From a virus: a DNA stretch of 64,000 nucleotides. Numbering within the stretch: the first letter of the stretch is position 1; each line of letters starts with the position of its first letter. The position numbers were made by a program, and so were the translations under genes. Positions 18,009 to 26,477 of the stretch are shown here, one piece after another. The stretch is from positions 32,001 through 96,000 of the IMG/VR virus record IMGVR_UViG_3300000216_000003. One strand, 5' to 3'. Under the pieces are notes generated by a model. The model searched no databases. It was not told the DNA's origin and saw only the letters and a list, made by a program, of their open reading frames with translations.

Positions 18009-18767
18009 TTATAATGTTCTCGCAATATGTGTAATCAAGGATACTTTCTCTTCTTTATTTAAAGCATCAATCCCATTAATAATAATATCATATACTTGCC
18101 CTGGTGCATATTGAGCTTCTTGCTCATGTGTTACTACTTCTTGTTCGTGAATAATTGGATTAATATAGTTATTGTAATCTGCTAATTGTTCATCACGAGG
18201 CAAAAGACATTCATGTTTATCAAGATAGTCGAATAGATATTTCTTAAACTTCAATGCTTCATGTTCTGCTGCTTCAATAGTTCCACAAGAATGTATAGAG
18301 AAGAATTTACATAGATCAACACCTGGATTATAATTAATATTCCACCGAACACCAAAATTTTTACCACTTGAAGGTTTTTCTAAAACATCAGGTCGGCCTT
18401 TAACTGTACAACCATTAATCCATGCTGATGGGCGATTACTTTTTTGTTTAGGTGTATCGTAATGTGATCCCCTTTTAATAATGTCAACATTTATAATAGT
18501 TTCTTCTTTGGTTCTATCTTTATTAGTATTAGGAAATATATCTTTGGGAGTTCGTACTTTATACCCCATACTGAATAAAGTAATAGACATACGTTGATCT
18601 TCTATTGTCCACCAGCGATTATGTCTTCTGGCTGAGGGCGGTAGAGATTGTCCAGTAAATCGTTCAAGAGTATTTAAAGATAGTGATGTTTTATCTTTTG
18701 AAAAATCATTAGTAATAACTTCAATATATTCTTTTAATAATGGATCACTATAATTAAAATCTGGCAT
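18009..18767 (-). CDS. DUF7662-like + AP2-like DNA-binding protein
   Basis: N-terminal LSLNTLERFTGQSLPPSA...WW; KFFSIHSCGTIEAAEHEALKFK is AP2-like. Confidence 0.55.
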   Translation of the reverse strand: MPDFNYSDPLLKEYIEVITNDFSKDKTSLSLNTLERFTGQSLPPSARRHNRWWTIEDQRMSITLFSMGYKVRTPKDIFPNTNKDRTKEETIINVDIIKRGSHYDTPKQKSNRPSAWINGCTVKGRPDVLEKPSSGKNFGVRWNINYNPGVDLCKFFSIHSCGTIEAAEHEALKFKKYLFDYLDKHECLLPRDEQLADYNNYINPIIHEQEVVTHEQEAQYAPGQVYDIIINGIDALNKEEKVSLITHIARTL

Positions 18768-18837
18768 TTAAAAATTTCCTATTAAATTAAAACAGACGCA
18801 ATCGCTAGTATAAGCCGACTGCGCCGTTAGTGGGAAG

Positions 18838-19332
18838 TTAAGGTCTTCTGCAGACCTTTTTACGGCCAGGCCATTGTTTTTTAGAACAGTCTTGACCAAG
18901 TTTTTGTAATTTTTGTATTACTTCGCCTATTGGGTTATTATATGGAAAGAAGCTACCATCATGCATATTCATATTCAATTCATAATGTATAATAGTACAT
19001 ACTCCAATTCCTTTATCTCCAACTGGAAGTTTAGCAACAAAATGAATATCTTCTTCTCCAGTTAAAATCATTAAACCATGGCGCAATCGAGATAAGACAA
19101 TATTCATTTGCTTATCAGAATTAGTTCGACCAATATAGATGGGTGCTCCGGGTTTAATATTTTCTGGGTTCTCTCCAGCCTTTTTACAGAGTGCGGCAAT
19201 ATAAACTTGATCTTGTTTTTCAATTGGACGGGAATCTGATTTTGAATTTTTCATTGCTACATCTAATACTTTATCAATAGAAAGCAAATTCACAGTTATA
19301 ATCCCTAATAAGTTTGAAATGTTGAAATCCAT
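18838..19332 (-). CDS. Hypothetical protein (true start probably internal, MKNSK)
   Basis: ORF downstream of radical SAM gene. Confidence 0.6.
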   Translation of the reverse strand: MDFNISNLLGIITVNLLSIDKVLDVAMKNSKSDSRPIEKQDQVYIAALCKKAGENPENIKPGAPIYIGRTNSDKQMNIVLSRLRHGLMILTGEEDIHFVAKLPVGDKGIGVCTIIHYELNMNMHDGSFFPYNNPIGEVIQKLQKLGQDCSKKQWPGRKKVCRRP

Positions 19333-20789
19333 TTATCATTAAATGGTGAGATTTGATTATCTTCTTGACTATAACTATCTTTAGCCATTGTCATATTTAC
19401 AGCATCAATATACATACTAAAACAACCTTCTTTTGTCTCAAATAATTTTTCATCAATTCCAATATGCAATAATTCTTTTTCATATTTACGGGCAAGACCA
19501 GTATCGATACCAATCTCAATATCTTTAATTTTATCACCGGCTAATTTAAGAGTTAAACCAATTAGCCAATTATTATAATAATTAGGATCAAAAGATTCTC
19601 CTCTACCAACAGGTTTAAAGTCGAGTAAAGTAATTCTTGCATTTGATAATCCTTGCATATGTGTAATTATATCATAAAAATCATGAATAGAGCTACTTCC
19701 CATTACATATTGAAAATTAAATTTATAATATTGCGGAGCATCTTTAGTAGTGTTTAATATATCTTCAGAATTAGAGATACTAACTGCATAATTAGCTCCT
19801 AATTCATCTAATTGTTTTGAATTCTTACGAACATATTCAATATTACGAGTAGTGAAATTAGGAATAATGTCTTGTTTCCGAAACTGTTCAAGAATCTGTA
19901 TAAAGTCTGGATGTGTTGTTGGTTCACCTCCTCCAATAGCTACTTCAAAAATATTGGCATCTCCAAGTGTTTTAATAATATGAGACATATTATCCAAAGT
20001 AGCATGTTTTCCTTTAGTAGAACTACCTTGATAACAAAAACTACAACCAGTTTCACAATAGTCTGTAATCTTTACATCTACTAGTTCAGGAGTTGTCGAT
20101 TTGATATAATCAGGGTGTGAACCATTTAATGTAAACCGTATCTTAGTTCCATTACTTTGATTAAATACAGCCCAATATCCTTTATCTTTTCTTGCTATTA
20201 CTTTTAATTTAGCAGCCCCATATGGAACATATTGTTGAATAGCATCTAAAGCATTAGGAGTTTTATACTCATCAGTAACATATTCTTCTTTATCTTCATC
20301 ATAGTATTCAGAATATGTGTCTGCGCTTAAATAATGACCATCCCCATTATCATTTCCACCAAGAATAACAATTTGATCATTATTCCCAATATATGCAATA
20401 ACATCATCTAAAAAATTAGAGTTTGGTTTATTATCCCTATGTGAATATGGAAATGTAAAACTAGACTGATGATCAACATAAGAGGGCTTAAAACCTTCTA
20501 CTTCACCTTCATCACCTTCAATATACTGTTTAGCACATTCTTTACCAACACGACGAAAAGTATCTTTTAATGCTCGTCGTTCAAGAGAGTTCTCTTCTGT
20601 TTGTCCTATAATTAAAGATAACATATAATGTTGTTTTGCTATTGGTGAAACTAATGTAAAATCATTCCAACCATATTGACCAACATCACTATCTCCAATA
20701 TCATCAGAGAAAGTATCTTTCTTAAAAACAATTGAGTGACTACTGCTACTATTTGTAGCAAATCCATATCGAATACTAGAAACTTTCAT
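19305..20789 (-). CDS. Radical SAM protein
   Basis: CETGCSFC (CxxxCxxC) and GGGEP; N-terminal GFATNSSSSHS domain seen in phage proteins. Confidence 0.9.
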   Translation of the reverse strand: MKVSSIRYGFATNSSSSHSIVFKKDTFSDDIGDSDVGQYGWNDFTLVSPIAKQHYMLSLIIGQTEENSLERRALKDTFRRVGKECAKQYIEGDEGEVEGFKPSYVDHQSSFTFPYSHRDNKPNSNFLDDVIAYIGNNDQIVILGGNDNGDGHYLSADTYSEYYDEDKEEYVTDEYKTPNALDAIQQYVPYGAAKLKVIARKDKGYWAVFNQSNGTKIRFTLNGSHPDYIKSTTPELVDVKITDYCETGCSFCYQGSSTKGKHATLDNMSHIIKTLGDANIFEVAIGGGEPTTHPDFIQILEQFRKQDIIPNFTTRNIEYVRKNSKQLDELGANYAVSISNSEDILNTTKDAPQYYKFNFQYVMGSSSIHDFYDIITHMQGLSNARITLLDFKPVGRGESFDPNYYNNWLIGLTLKLAGDKIKDIEIGIDTGLARKYEKELLHIGIDEKLFETKEGCFSMYIDAVNMTMAKDSYSQEDNQISPFNDKWISTFQTY

Positions 20790-21192
20790 CTATATCTACC
20801 TCTATAGTTTTAACTTTCTCAAGTTGATGTGTTGAATTAAATACATCATCAACTGGAATAGAAACCTTTTTCTCCCCAGTCATAAATTCCCCAGTCTTCT
20901 TATTTCTATATAAGGTAACATGAAAAGAATTAGATGTAATATTTACTAAATTTAATTCAGGATTGCCTTCTTTATGTTCTCCATCTAATGACCACTGATG
21001 TAGTGCAGTACCATCATCAATAGAATCTGTTATATATCCTATTAATGGATACCCAAGTTTACCTTGAGTAGATATAATATCTGCTGTATATTCTCCATTA
21101 GCTGTCATCATTGGATCTTTTAGTCTTAATAATCGTTTTGAAGCAGATGGTAATCCATTTAACTTTGGTTGTGTAATTGGAGTATCACTCAT
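20776..21192 (-). CDS. Hypothetical protein, paralog of 21185-21397
   Basis: YPLIGYI...LHQWSLDG; start moved to MSDTP. Confidence 0.65.
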   Translation of the reverse strand: MSDTPITQPKLNGLPSASKRLLRLKDPMMTANGEYTADIISTQGKLGYPLIGYITDSIDDGTALHQWSLDGEHKEGNPELNLVNITSNSFHVTLYRNKKTGEFMTGEKKVSIPVDDVFNSTHQLEKVKTIEVDIDESF

Positions 21193-21397
21193 TTTGAATA
21201 CCTTCAAATATTGGTTCTATAATTGAATAATCTTCTACATTATAAACACTATTACCATCATCATCCCAAGCATGTAACTTATTATTATCTTCAATATAAC
21301 CAATATGTCTGAAAGGATGTCTTCCTTTCTTTGTAATATAGTGGATCCAAGATCCAGTTTTTGTTTTAAGTAAAGAAGGGTTACTCCAGTCGATCAT
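21185..21397 (-). CDS. Hypothetical protein
   Basis: HPFRHIGYI...LHAWDDDG; start moved to MIDWS after GGAG, downstream of promoter. Confidence 0.65.
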   Translation of the reverse strand: MIDWSNPSLLKTKTGSWIHYITKKGRHPFRHIGYIEDNNKLHAWDDDGNSVYNVEDYSIIEPIFEGIQNE

Positions 21398-21428
21398 TAT
21401 TAGTACTCCAATAAGTAAATTATATTCT

Positions 21429-21482
21429 ATTATATCTATATGAGATAATTGAAAGCTTGAATCAAAAATATATAGATATAAT
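21429..21482. promoter_or_regulatory. Divergent pair of promoter motifs (21429-21440 minus, 21471-21482 plus)
   Basis: Two TATAGATATAAT copies back to back. Confidence 0.72.
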
Positions 21483-21537
21483 ATATTAGAATCTAATATT
21501 TTTAGATTTTTCATTTTACCTTTAAGGAGCCTAACCT

Positions 21538-21888
21538 ATGTCTGAAGAAAATACACCTACCCACGAAGCACAGTCTGATACTCAAACAGAGCCCACAGAA
21601 GAACAAAAACAATTATTTATGCAGAAGATGCAAATGAAAGCTCAACAAGAAGCTTTACTAAAACATCAAATTGTTCAGTCTGCGTCTACAATTTTAGCTG
21701 GCATTTTTTCAAATACAACATCAAGTGTCGGTGGAATTAATAGTGATCCAACTAAGAATCTAGCTATTCGCAATAAGAGACTAGAAAAAGTCGGAGTTGC
21801 CGTAGATACTGCTATTACACTTATTTCTTATGTTAATGGTCTTGATCTTGATAAAGATGTCAAGAAGATGGGCCAAGAAAAGAAATAA
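21538..21888 (+). CDS. Hypothetical helical protein
   Basis: TAAGGAG RBS, own promoter, downstream hairpin. Confidence 0.8.
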   Translation: MSEENTPTHEAQSDTQTEPTEEQKQLFMQKMQMKAQQEALLKHQIVQSASTILAGIFSNTTSSVGGINSDPTKNLAIRNKRLEKVGVAVDTAITLISYVNGLDLDKDVKKMGQEKK

Positions 21889-21899
21889 AATATATTTTT

Positions 21900-22125
21900 A
21901 TTTTACAAGTAATAACTCAGGTTACTATCTCGAGTAAACCTGAGTTATTACTTCATTTCATGGACAACTCTACCCCCATGAAATACTACCATAATTTTAA
22001 GCATTATCTTTATAATAGAGACAATGCTGCCGTAAGTTAACATGGGTAAAGTTAAAACTCACACCAGTATAATACTTAAACTATAGCGGGCCACCGACTT
22101 ATAGAGTATAGTGGCGGTAGCTTGA
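21900..22125 (-). ncRNA. Candidate ~225-nt multi-stem structured RNA
   Basis: Promoter at 22132-22143; six stems, with G-U pairs only on the minus strand; last stem is 17 bp. Confidence 0.55.
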
Positions 22126-22131
22126 TATTAT

Positions 22132-22143
22132 ATTATATCTATA
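22132..22143 (-). promoter_or_regulatory. Phage promoter motif TATAGATATAAT
   Basis: No convincing gene downstream; precedes candidate ncRNA. Confidence 0.65.
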
Positions 22144-22173
22144 TCAAATCCTTTAAAAAATAAAGGACGTTTT

Positions 22174-22395
22174 TTACGCCCAGTACAGTTTATTATATCT
22201 AATTACATTTTCTGTTGGATCTCCAATCATTTCTATAGCATAAGGAGAACGTCTGCAAATAGCATATGCATTCTCTTCGATTGGGGTATCTCTAAATTTT
22301 ATTAATATATTTACCCAAATATTATCCCAATATCTCCAAGACTTATTATCTAATAATAATGTATATGCATAGGATAATCTCATTTTTAACTCCAA
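22174..22395 (-). CDS. Small protein with tag B (PTENVIRYNKLYWA)
   Basis: Tandem paralog (P.EENAY.IC). Confidence 0.75.
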   Translation of the reverse strand: MELKMRLSYAYTLLLDNKSWRYWDNIWVNILIKFRDTPIEENAYAICRRSPYAIEMIGDPTENVIRYNKLYWA

Positions 22396-22607
22396 TATAA
22401 TTTATTATAGTTTTCGACTGCTGTTGTTGGATTCTTAATTACTTCTATAGTATGGTCTGCTACTCTACATATTTTATATGCATTCTCTTCAGTTGGTGTT
22501 TTCTCAAATTCTAATAGTAATAATTTCCATTTAATATCCCAAGAAGTATGTGGTGGTTCTTTTAACATTTGAACAAATTTATCAGATAATTCCACTATTA
22601 ACTCCAA
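22386..22607 (-). CDS. Small protein with tag B (PTTAVENYNKLYWS)
   Basis: Tandem paralog; real start likely a few codons later. Confidence 0.75.
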   Translation of the reverse strand: MELIVELSDKFVQMLKEPPHTSWDIKWKLLLLEFEKTPTEENAYKICRVADHTIEVIKNPTTAVENYNKLYWS

Positions 22608-22822
22608 TATAATTTATTATAAGTTTCGACTGCTGGTGTTGGATCTTTAATATTATTAATAGATTTAGGAAAAAATTTACAAACAATACATGCATTCTCT
22701 TCACTTGGTTTTCTGTGAAAATTCAATAAAGCTTGTTTATACCCCCTATTATTTCTTTTCTTCCTCCATTTTTTATTTATAATCTTAATAGATTCTTCGG
22801 ATAATTTCATTAAGACCACCAC
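22598..22822 (-). CDS. Small protein with tag B (PTPAVETYNKLYWS)
   Basis: Tandem paralog; real start likely MKLSEE at 22810. Confidence 0.75.
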   Translation of the reverse strand: MVVLMKLSEESIKIINKKWRKKRNNRGYKQALLNFHRKPSEENACIVCKFFPKSINNIKDPTPAVETYNKLYWS

Positions 22823-23079
22823 ATCTTATGATATGTTATGACTGTTTCTGGGACATCTTTACAATACTTCAATATATCTGGATATACTTGTATTAATTTA
22901 TTTATATCAGAAATTGATATATCTTCATACTTATATGATTCTTTATTCTTAAACCATTCATAATAACCATGTGAATTTAACATAATATGTAGAGATGCTG
23001 TTAGTCTATTTTGACTATCGGGGATATAATCAACAGGACATTCAATAGTCGCTTTTTTTACCGTTGTATTTATTTGCAT
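22810..23079 (-). CDS. Small protein with tag B (VPETVITYHKMWWS)
   Basis: Start moved to MQINTT (TAATG overlap, AGGAGG RBS). Confidence 0.7.
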   Translation of the reverse strand: MQINTTVKKATIECPVDYIPDSQNRLTASLHIMLNSHGYYEWFKNKESYKYEDISISDINKLIQVYPDILKYCKDVPETVITYHKMWWS

Positions 23080-23318
23080 TATACCTCCTGTAGTTTTATA
23101 TATGTCTTTAGTTCTTGAGTAGGGTTTATAACCCAAGCATAGAATGTGTTGCTCCATGTTTGTTGTTCTGAATGTCTTTGTCTAAACATATGATATATAT
23201 TTATAGCGTTTTCGAACGTTGGATCGGCTGCCATCTTAAAGAATCCGTCTCGCCATTCAATTTCATCTGGAGTGGTAGAGTGCCAGGATTGAGTAATTAT
23301 GTCTTCTCGTAAGTGCAT
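23079..23318 (-). CDS. Small protein with tag B (PTQELKTYIKLQEV)
   Basis: PTFENAINIY paralog. Confidence 0.75.
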   Translation of the reverse strand: MHLREDIITQSWHSTTPDEIEWRDGFFKMAADPTFENAINIYHMFRQRHSEQQTWSNTFYAWVINPTQELKTYIKLQEV

Positions 23319-23563
23319 TAAGACTCCATTAGTTTTACGTAGTTGATTAGTTCTTGAGATGGGTCTTCGAACCAGGTGAAGAAAGAACCCTTATCCCATA
23401 TATCATTATCGAAATTATTAATTTTATATTGGTATATATTTATGGCATTTTCGAATGTTGGATTATTGTGGAATATTAAAAACACTTCTTTCCAATCATC
23501 ATGTTTCCATACATCTTCATCAACATCTATTAAATCGCAAAGTACTTCTTTTGATAATTGCAT
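23318..23563 (-). CDS. Small protein with tag B (PSQELINYVKLMES)
   Basis: Start moved to MQLSKE (TAATG overlap). Confidence 0.75.
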   Translation of the reverse strand: MQLSKEVLCDLIDVDEDVWKHDDWKEVFLIFHNNPTFENAINIYQYKINNFDNDIWDKGSFFTWFEDPSQELINYVKLMES

Positions 23564-23619
23564 TAGGAATCCATTAGTTTTACGTAGTTGATTAGTTCTT
23601 GAGATGGGTCTTCGAACCA
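23325..23619. repeat. 50-bp identical direct repeat (23325-23374 = 23570-23619) at gene 3' ends
   Basis: tccattagttttacgtagttgattagttcttgagatgggtcttcgaacca occurs twice. Confidence 0.9.
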
Positions 23620-23802
23620 AGAGAGGAAGCCGATTGAAGTCCATGCGTTATTCTCAAAATGTTTCGATTTTAAATGATATATATTTATAGCATTTTCAAG
23701 TGTAGGCTCTTTCATAAATAATATAAAACTATTTTTCCATTCTGGATCAGTTTTCCAATAGCTATGCATTACTGTATTTTCTGTATCATGAGTTAGTTTC
23801 AT
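23563..23802 (-). CDS. Small protein with tag B (PSQELINYVKLMDS)
   Basis: First gene of the leftward unit; AAGGA RBS. Confidence 0.78.
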   Translation of the reverse strand: MKLTHDTENTVMHSYWKTDPEWKNSFILFMKEPTLENAINIYHLKSKHFENNAWTSIGFLSWFEDPSQELINYVKLMDS

Positions 23803-23955
23803 TATATTTTTCCTTCGTTAATTTATTTAGCTGTAAAAATACATTTTCGCTATATTTTATCAAAGATGAAGAAAATATAAACGAAGATACATCAAACACG
23901 TCGTTGAGCCTCCCACGGCAAATGAAAAGATTAAATTTAAAACCCTTTCATTAAA

Positions 23956-23987
23956 ATAATATCTATATATTAGTTTTGAAAACTTGG
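23956..23987 (-). promoter_or_regulatory. Phage promoter motif (CCAAGTTTTCAAAA..TATAGATATTAT)
   Basis: Near-identical to 66-98, including downstream TTTAATGAAAG. Confidence 0.72.
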
Positions 23988-24545
23988 AAGCGGCCAGGGG
24001 ATTCCTCTCTTCCTTTATTTTTTATGTATATTCAATAAAAAATCATAAATTTTAATGTAATTATACATAATTTTTATAAATCTAACTATTAACTTAAAAA
24101 AACAGAGTTTCAGCGCGACGGCGAAACCCTAACAAAAGCTGTTAAGTTTTTAACTATATCAAATACTGAGTTAGACCTCCCACTTAAAAAATTTTTAGAA
24201 AAAAATGCCCCGTAAAACTATTCTAACTTCTATTAAGTAGTTTCACTTCTGAGACCAGAGTGCTACTTTTACTTAGCTCCTTAGAATAGGAAGAGTTAAG
24301 ACAACTCACTTTGAATTATCTTAAGTACAAGTTTATTATTTCTATTAATTCTTAGTATTTTATTTTTTAATTTAATTAACTTATTGTCTTAGTTTACTTT
24401 AAAATCTTTAAGAAAGATATAATGAGTAATAGATACTATCTAGTTCAATTTCTTTTGGTTATGGAATATTATATATATATATTCTTGGTTCTTCACACTT
24501 TGACCTAATAAGTCCTTATTTTTACTGTATTTTTTAAAACTTATA

Positions 24546-24557
24546 TATAGATATTAT
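24546..24557 (+). promoter_or_regulatory. Phage promoter motif TATAGATATTAT
   Basis: Upstream of AP2 gene. Confidence 0.7.
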
Positions 24558-24615
24558 AAAGTAAAGAATAGGGTTATTTTTCAGACTTAACTTAAATACA
24601 GGGAGTATACTCAAA

Positions 24616-25113
24616 ATGAATACTGAAGATCAGCATATGCGCGGAGTTAATGAAGTGGTAATTAATAAGGTTCCTTATATATCGGTTACTTATGGGAGAC
24701 GAGGAAACGATAATTATAGAAACCATCGTATACCTCTTGATGGAAGGTATGATAAAAAAGATGCATTCAAGATAGGGAAATTCTTGCGAATGGATATATC
24801 ATTTGGAAATCCAGATGCAACTGTTGAAAGTACTATAAGAAACCATAAAGAATTATCACATCTAGAATATAGTGGATTAGATTCTACAAATACTAGTGGG
24901 ATTGCTGGGGTTTTTTTTACTAAAAATAACAATAGCTGGCGAGCTTATTTTGGAACACCTAGTACATCTACTCATAAAAGCGCATCTTTTTCTATTAAAA
25001 AATTCGGGAATGATAAAGCCAAACGAAAGGCAATTACTCTAAGAAAATTATGGGAAGGTGGCTCTAATATTACCCGCAAAGAATTTCTAAAGATGATCTC
25101 CGGCGTTTGTTAA
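24616..25113 (+). CDS. AP2-domain DNA-binding protein
   Basis: NTSGIAGV..WRA...SASFSIKKFGNDKAKRKAITLRK; no HNH motif visible. Confidence 0.75.
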   Translation: MNTEDQHMRGVNEVVINKVPYISVTYGRRGNDNYRNHRIPLDGRYDKKDAFKIGKFLRMDISFGNPDATVESTIRNHKELSHLEYSGLDSTNTSGIAGVFFTKNNNSWRAYFGTPSTSTHKSASFSIKKFGNDKAKRKAITLRKLWEGGSNITRKEFLKMISGVC

Positions 25114-25124
25114 TCTTTTCAACT

Positions 25125-25157
25125 GCTCCTAGGACTTTCCTAGGGGCTTTTATTTTT
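25125..25157 (+). terminator. Intrinsic terminator
   Basis: GCTCCTAGGA/TCCTAGGGGC stem plus T-tract. Confidence 0.75.
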
Positions 25158-25169
25158 GGACCAAAGATA

Positions 25170-25181
25170 TATAGATATAAT
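25170..25181 (+). promoter_or_regulatory. Phage promoter motif TATAGATATAAT
   Basis: Heads rightward tag-B genes. Confidence 0.7.
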
Positions 25182-25220
25182 ATATTGAAAATAAATTTTT
25201 AAGAATTATAGGAATTTAAT

Positions 25221-25484
25221 ATGTGGATTGATGAGAATGATTTAAGAGTATTACATGTATATGATCTCGATCTATTTGAACTTGGTCGATTACCGTCTGA
25301 TAAACAAATACAAAATAATCCAGATGTTGTGTCAATGGAAGACTGCATAGAACTTTTAAACTATGTCGAAGTTGATGAAGATGAAGCATTAGAATTAATC
25401 CGCAAGTGGAAGTTCACAATTAAATATATTGAGGAACCGACAATTGCAGTTACTAATTATCATACTCTATTATGGGAAGTTTAA
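25221..25484 (+). CDS. Small protein with tag B (PTIAVTNYHTLLWEV)
   Basis: Unrelated N-terminus, shared tail. Confidence 0.72.
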   Translation: MWIDENDLRVLHVYDLDLFELGRLPSDKQIQNNPDVVSMEDCIELLNYVEVDEDEALELIRKWKFTIKYIEEPTIAVTNYHTLLWEV

Positions 25485-26027
25485 ATGATTTCAACTCAAG
25501 ATGCTAGTGGTATCCATTTTACATTTGATAATAAATTTATATTAAGTATTCAATATGGATATGGTAATTATTGTGAGAATAGAAGTGTTGATCAGACATT
25601 AGATAAGCCAGTTGATTATTTATCTTTAAATCACAAACCACATAAATCAATAAATGCTGAAATTGCTATATTGCATCAAGATAAAGATATTAAATTCTAT
25701 GAAAATAACGATATGATGACATTTGGCAGAGTTGCTAATGGATTAGATGATGAAGTAGCCGGATGGATCCCTACAGAGAAGATTATGGATGTAATGGAAT
25801 GGGTAAGACGATTACCAACTACATATAGACATACTTGTGATATATTAGACTTTCCAATTAAAGGTAGAATAGTAGAAGATGACTATCGGAATATTCTCTG
25901 GTACCCAAAACCATGGAATAATGAGTTAATATTTAAGGCTATTACTCAATCTGAGGATGCTATTCATTATATTGAATCACCATCTATAGATATTCAAAAT
26001 TATTATAAATTAAAATGGATAGTATAA
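25485..26027 (+). CDS. Phage protein (LSIQYG.GNYC domain) with tag B (PSIDIQNYYKLKWIV)
   Basis: Common small phage domain extended by the tag-B tail. Confidence 0.72.
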   Translation: MISTQDASGIHFTFDNKFILSIQYGYGNYCENRSVDQTLDKPVDYLSLNHKPHKSINAEIAILHQDKDIKFYENNDMMTFGRVANGLDDEVAGWIPTEKIMDVMEWVRRLPTTYRHTCDILDFPIKGRIVEDDYRNILWYPKPWNNELIFKAITQSEDAIHYIESPSIDIQNYYKLKWIV

Positions 26028-26233
26028 TGCATGTTAATAAAGTAGTATTAAATATTGCAAGAACTAAATTTAATATAGATAGTAAACTTAAACATTTAGT
26101 ACTTAATTTTAATGATAATCCAACTGAAGAGAATGCTTATGAATTTTGTCGCCATTATGAAATCACAATACCGTTATTTATTAAGAACCCTACGGATAAT
26201 GTTCGGAATTATCACAAACTCTTCTGGTCCTAA
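26015..26233 (+). CDS. Small protein with tag B (PTDNVRNYHKLFWS)
   Basis: NPTEENAY paralog of the 22174-22822 genes. Confidence 0.75.
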   Translation: MDSIMHVNKVVLNIARTKFNIDSKLKHLVLNFNDNPTEENAYEFCRHYEITIPLFIKNPTDNVRNYHKLFWS

Positions 26234-26237
26234 ACAA

Positions 26238-26477
26238 ATGACAGTTAGTCGATTGGTCTATCGTATGATGATTGAAAATAAACATGCTCCAAATGACCCT
26301 GGGACTATTTATTGGTCAACAAACGTTCCAGTTTCTAATACTGAAGTATTGAATATATTAGCATCTGATAGAGGCCTAATGCAAAGTACTTTAATGAGTT
26401 ATCTAAATAATCCAACTCCAGAAGTAACTAAGTTTTGGGAACGTGAACAATTATATAGGAAACTAAAAGAAGTATGA
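26238..26477 (+). CDS. Small protein with tag-B-like tail (NPTPEVTKFW...YRKLKEV)
   Basis: Start moved to MTVSRL. Confidence 0.65.
   Translation: MTVSRLVYRMMIENKHAPNDPGTIYWSTNVPVSNTEVLNILASDRGLMQSTLMSYLNNPTPEVTKFWEREQLYRKLKEV

Noticed and set aside
24090-24215. Short open frame or ribozyme in the strand-switch gap
   Set aside because: The 40-codon frame has no start or RBS, and I could not assemble a known ribozyme core.
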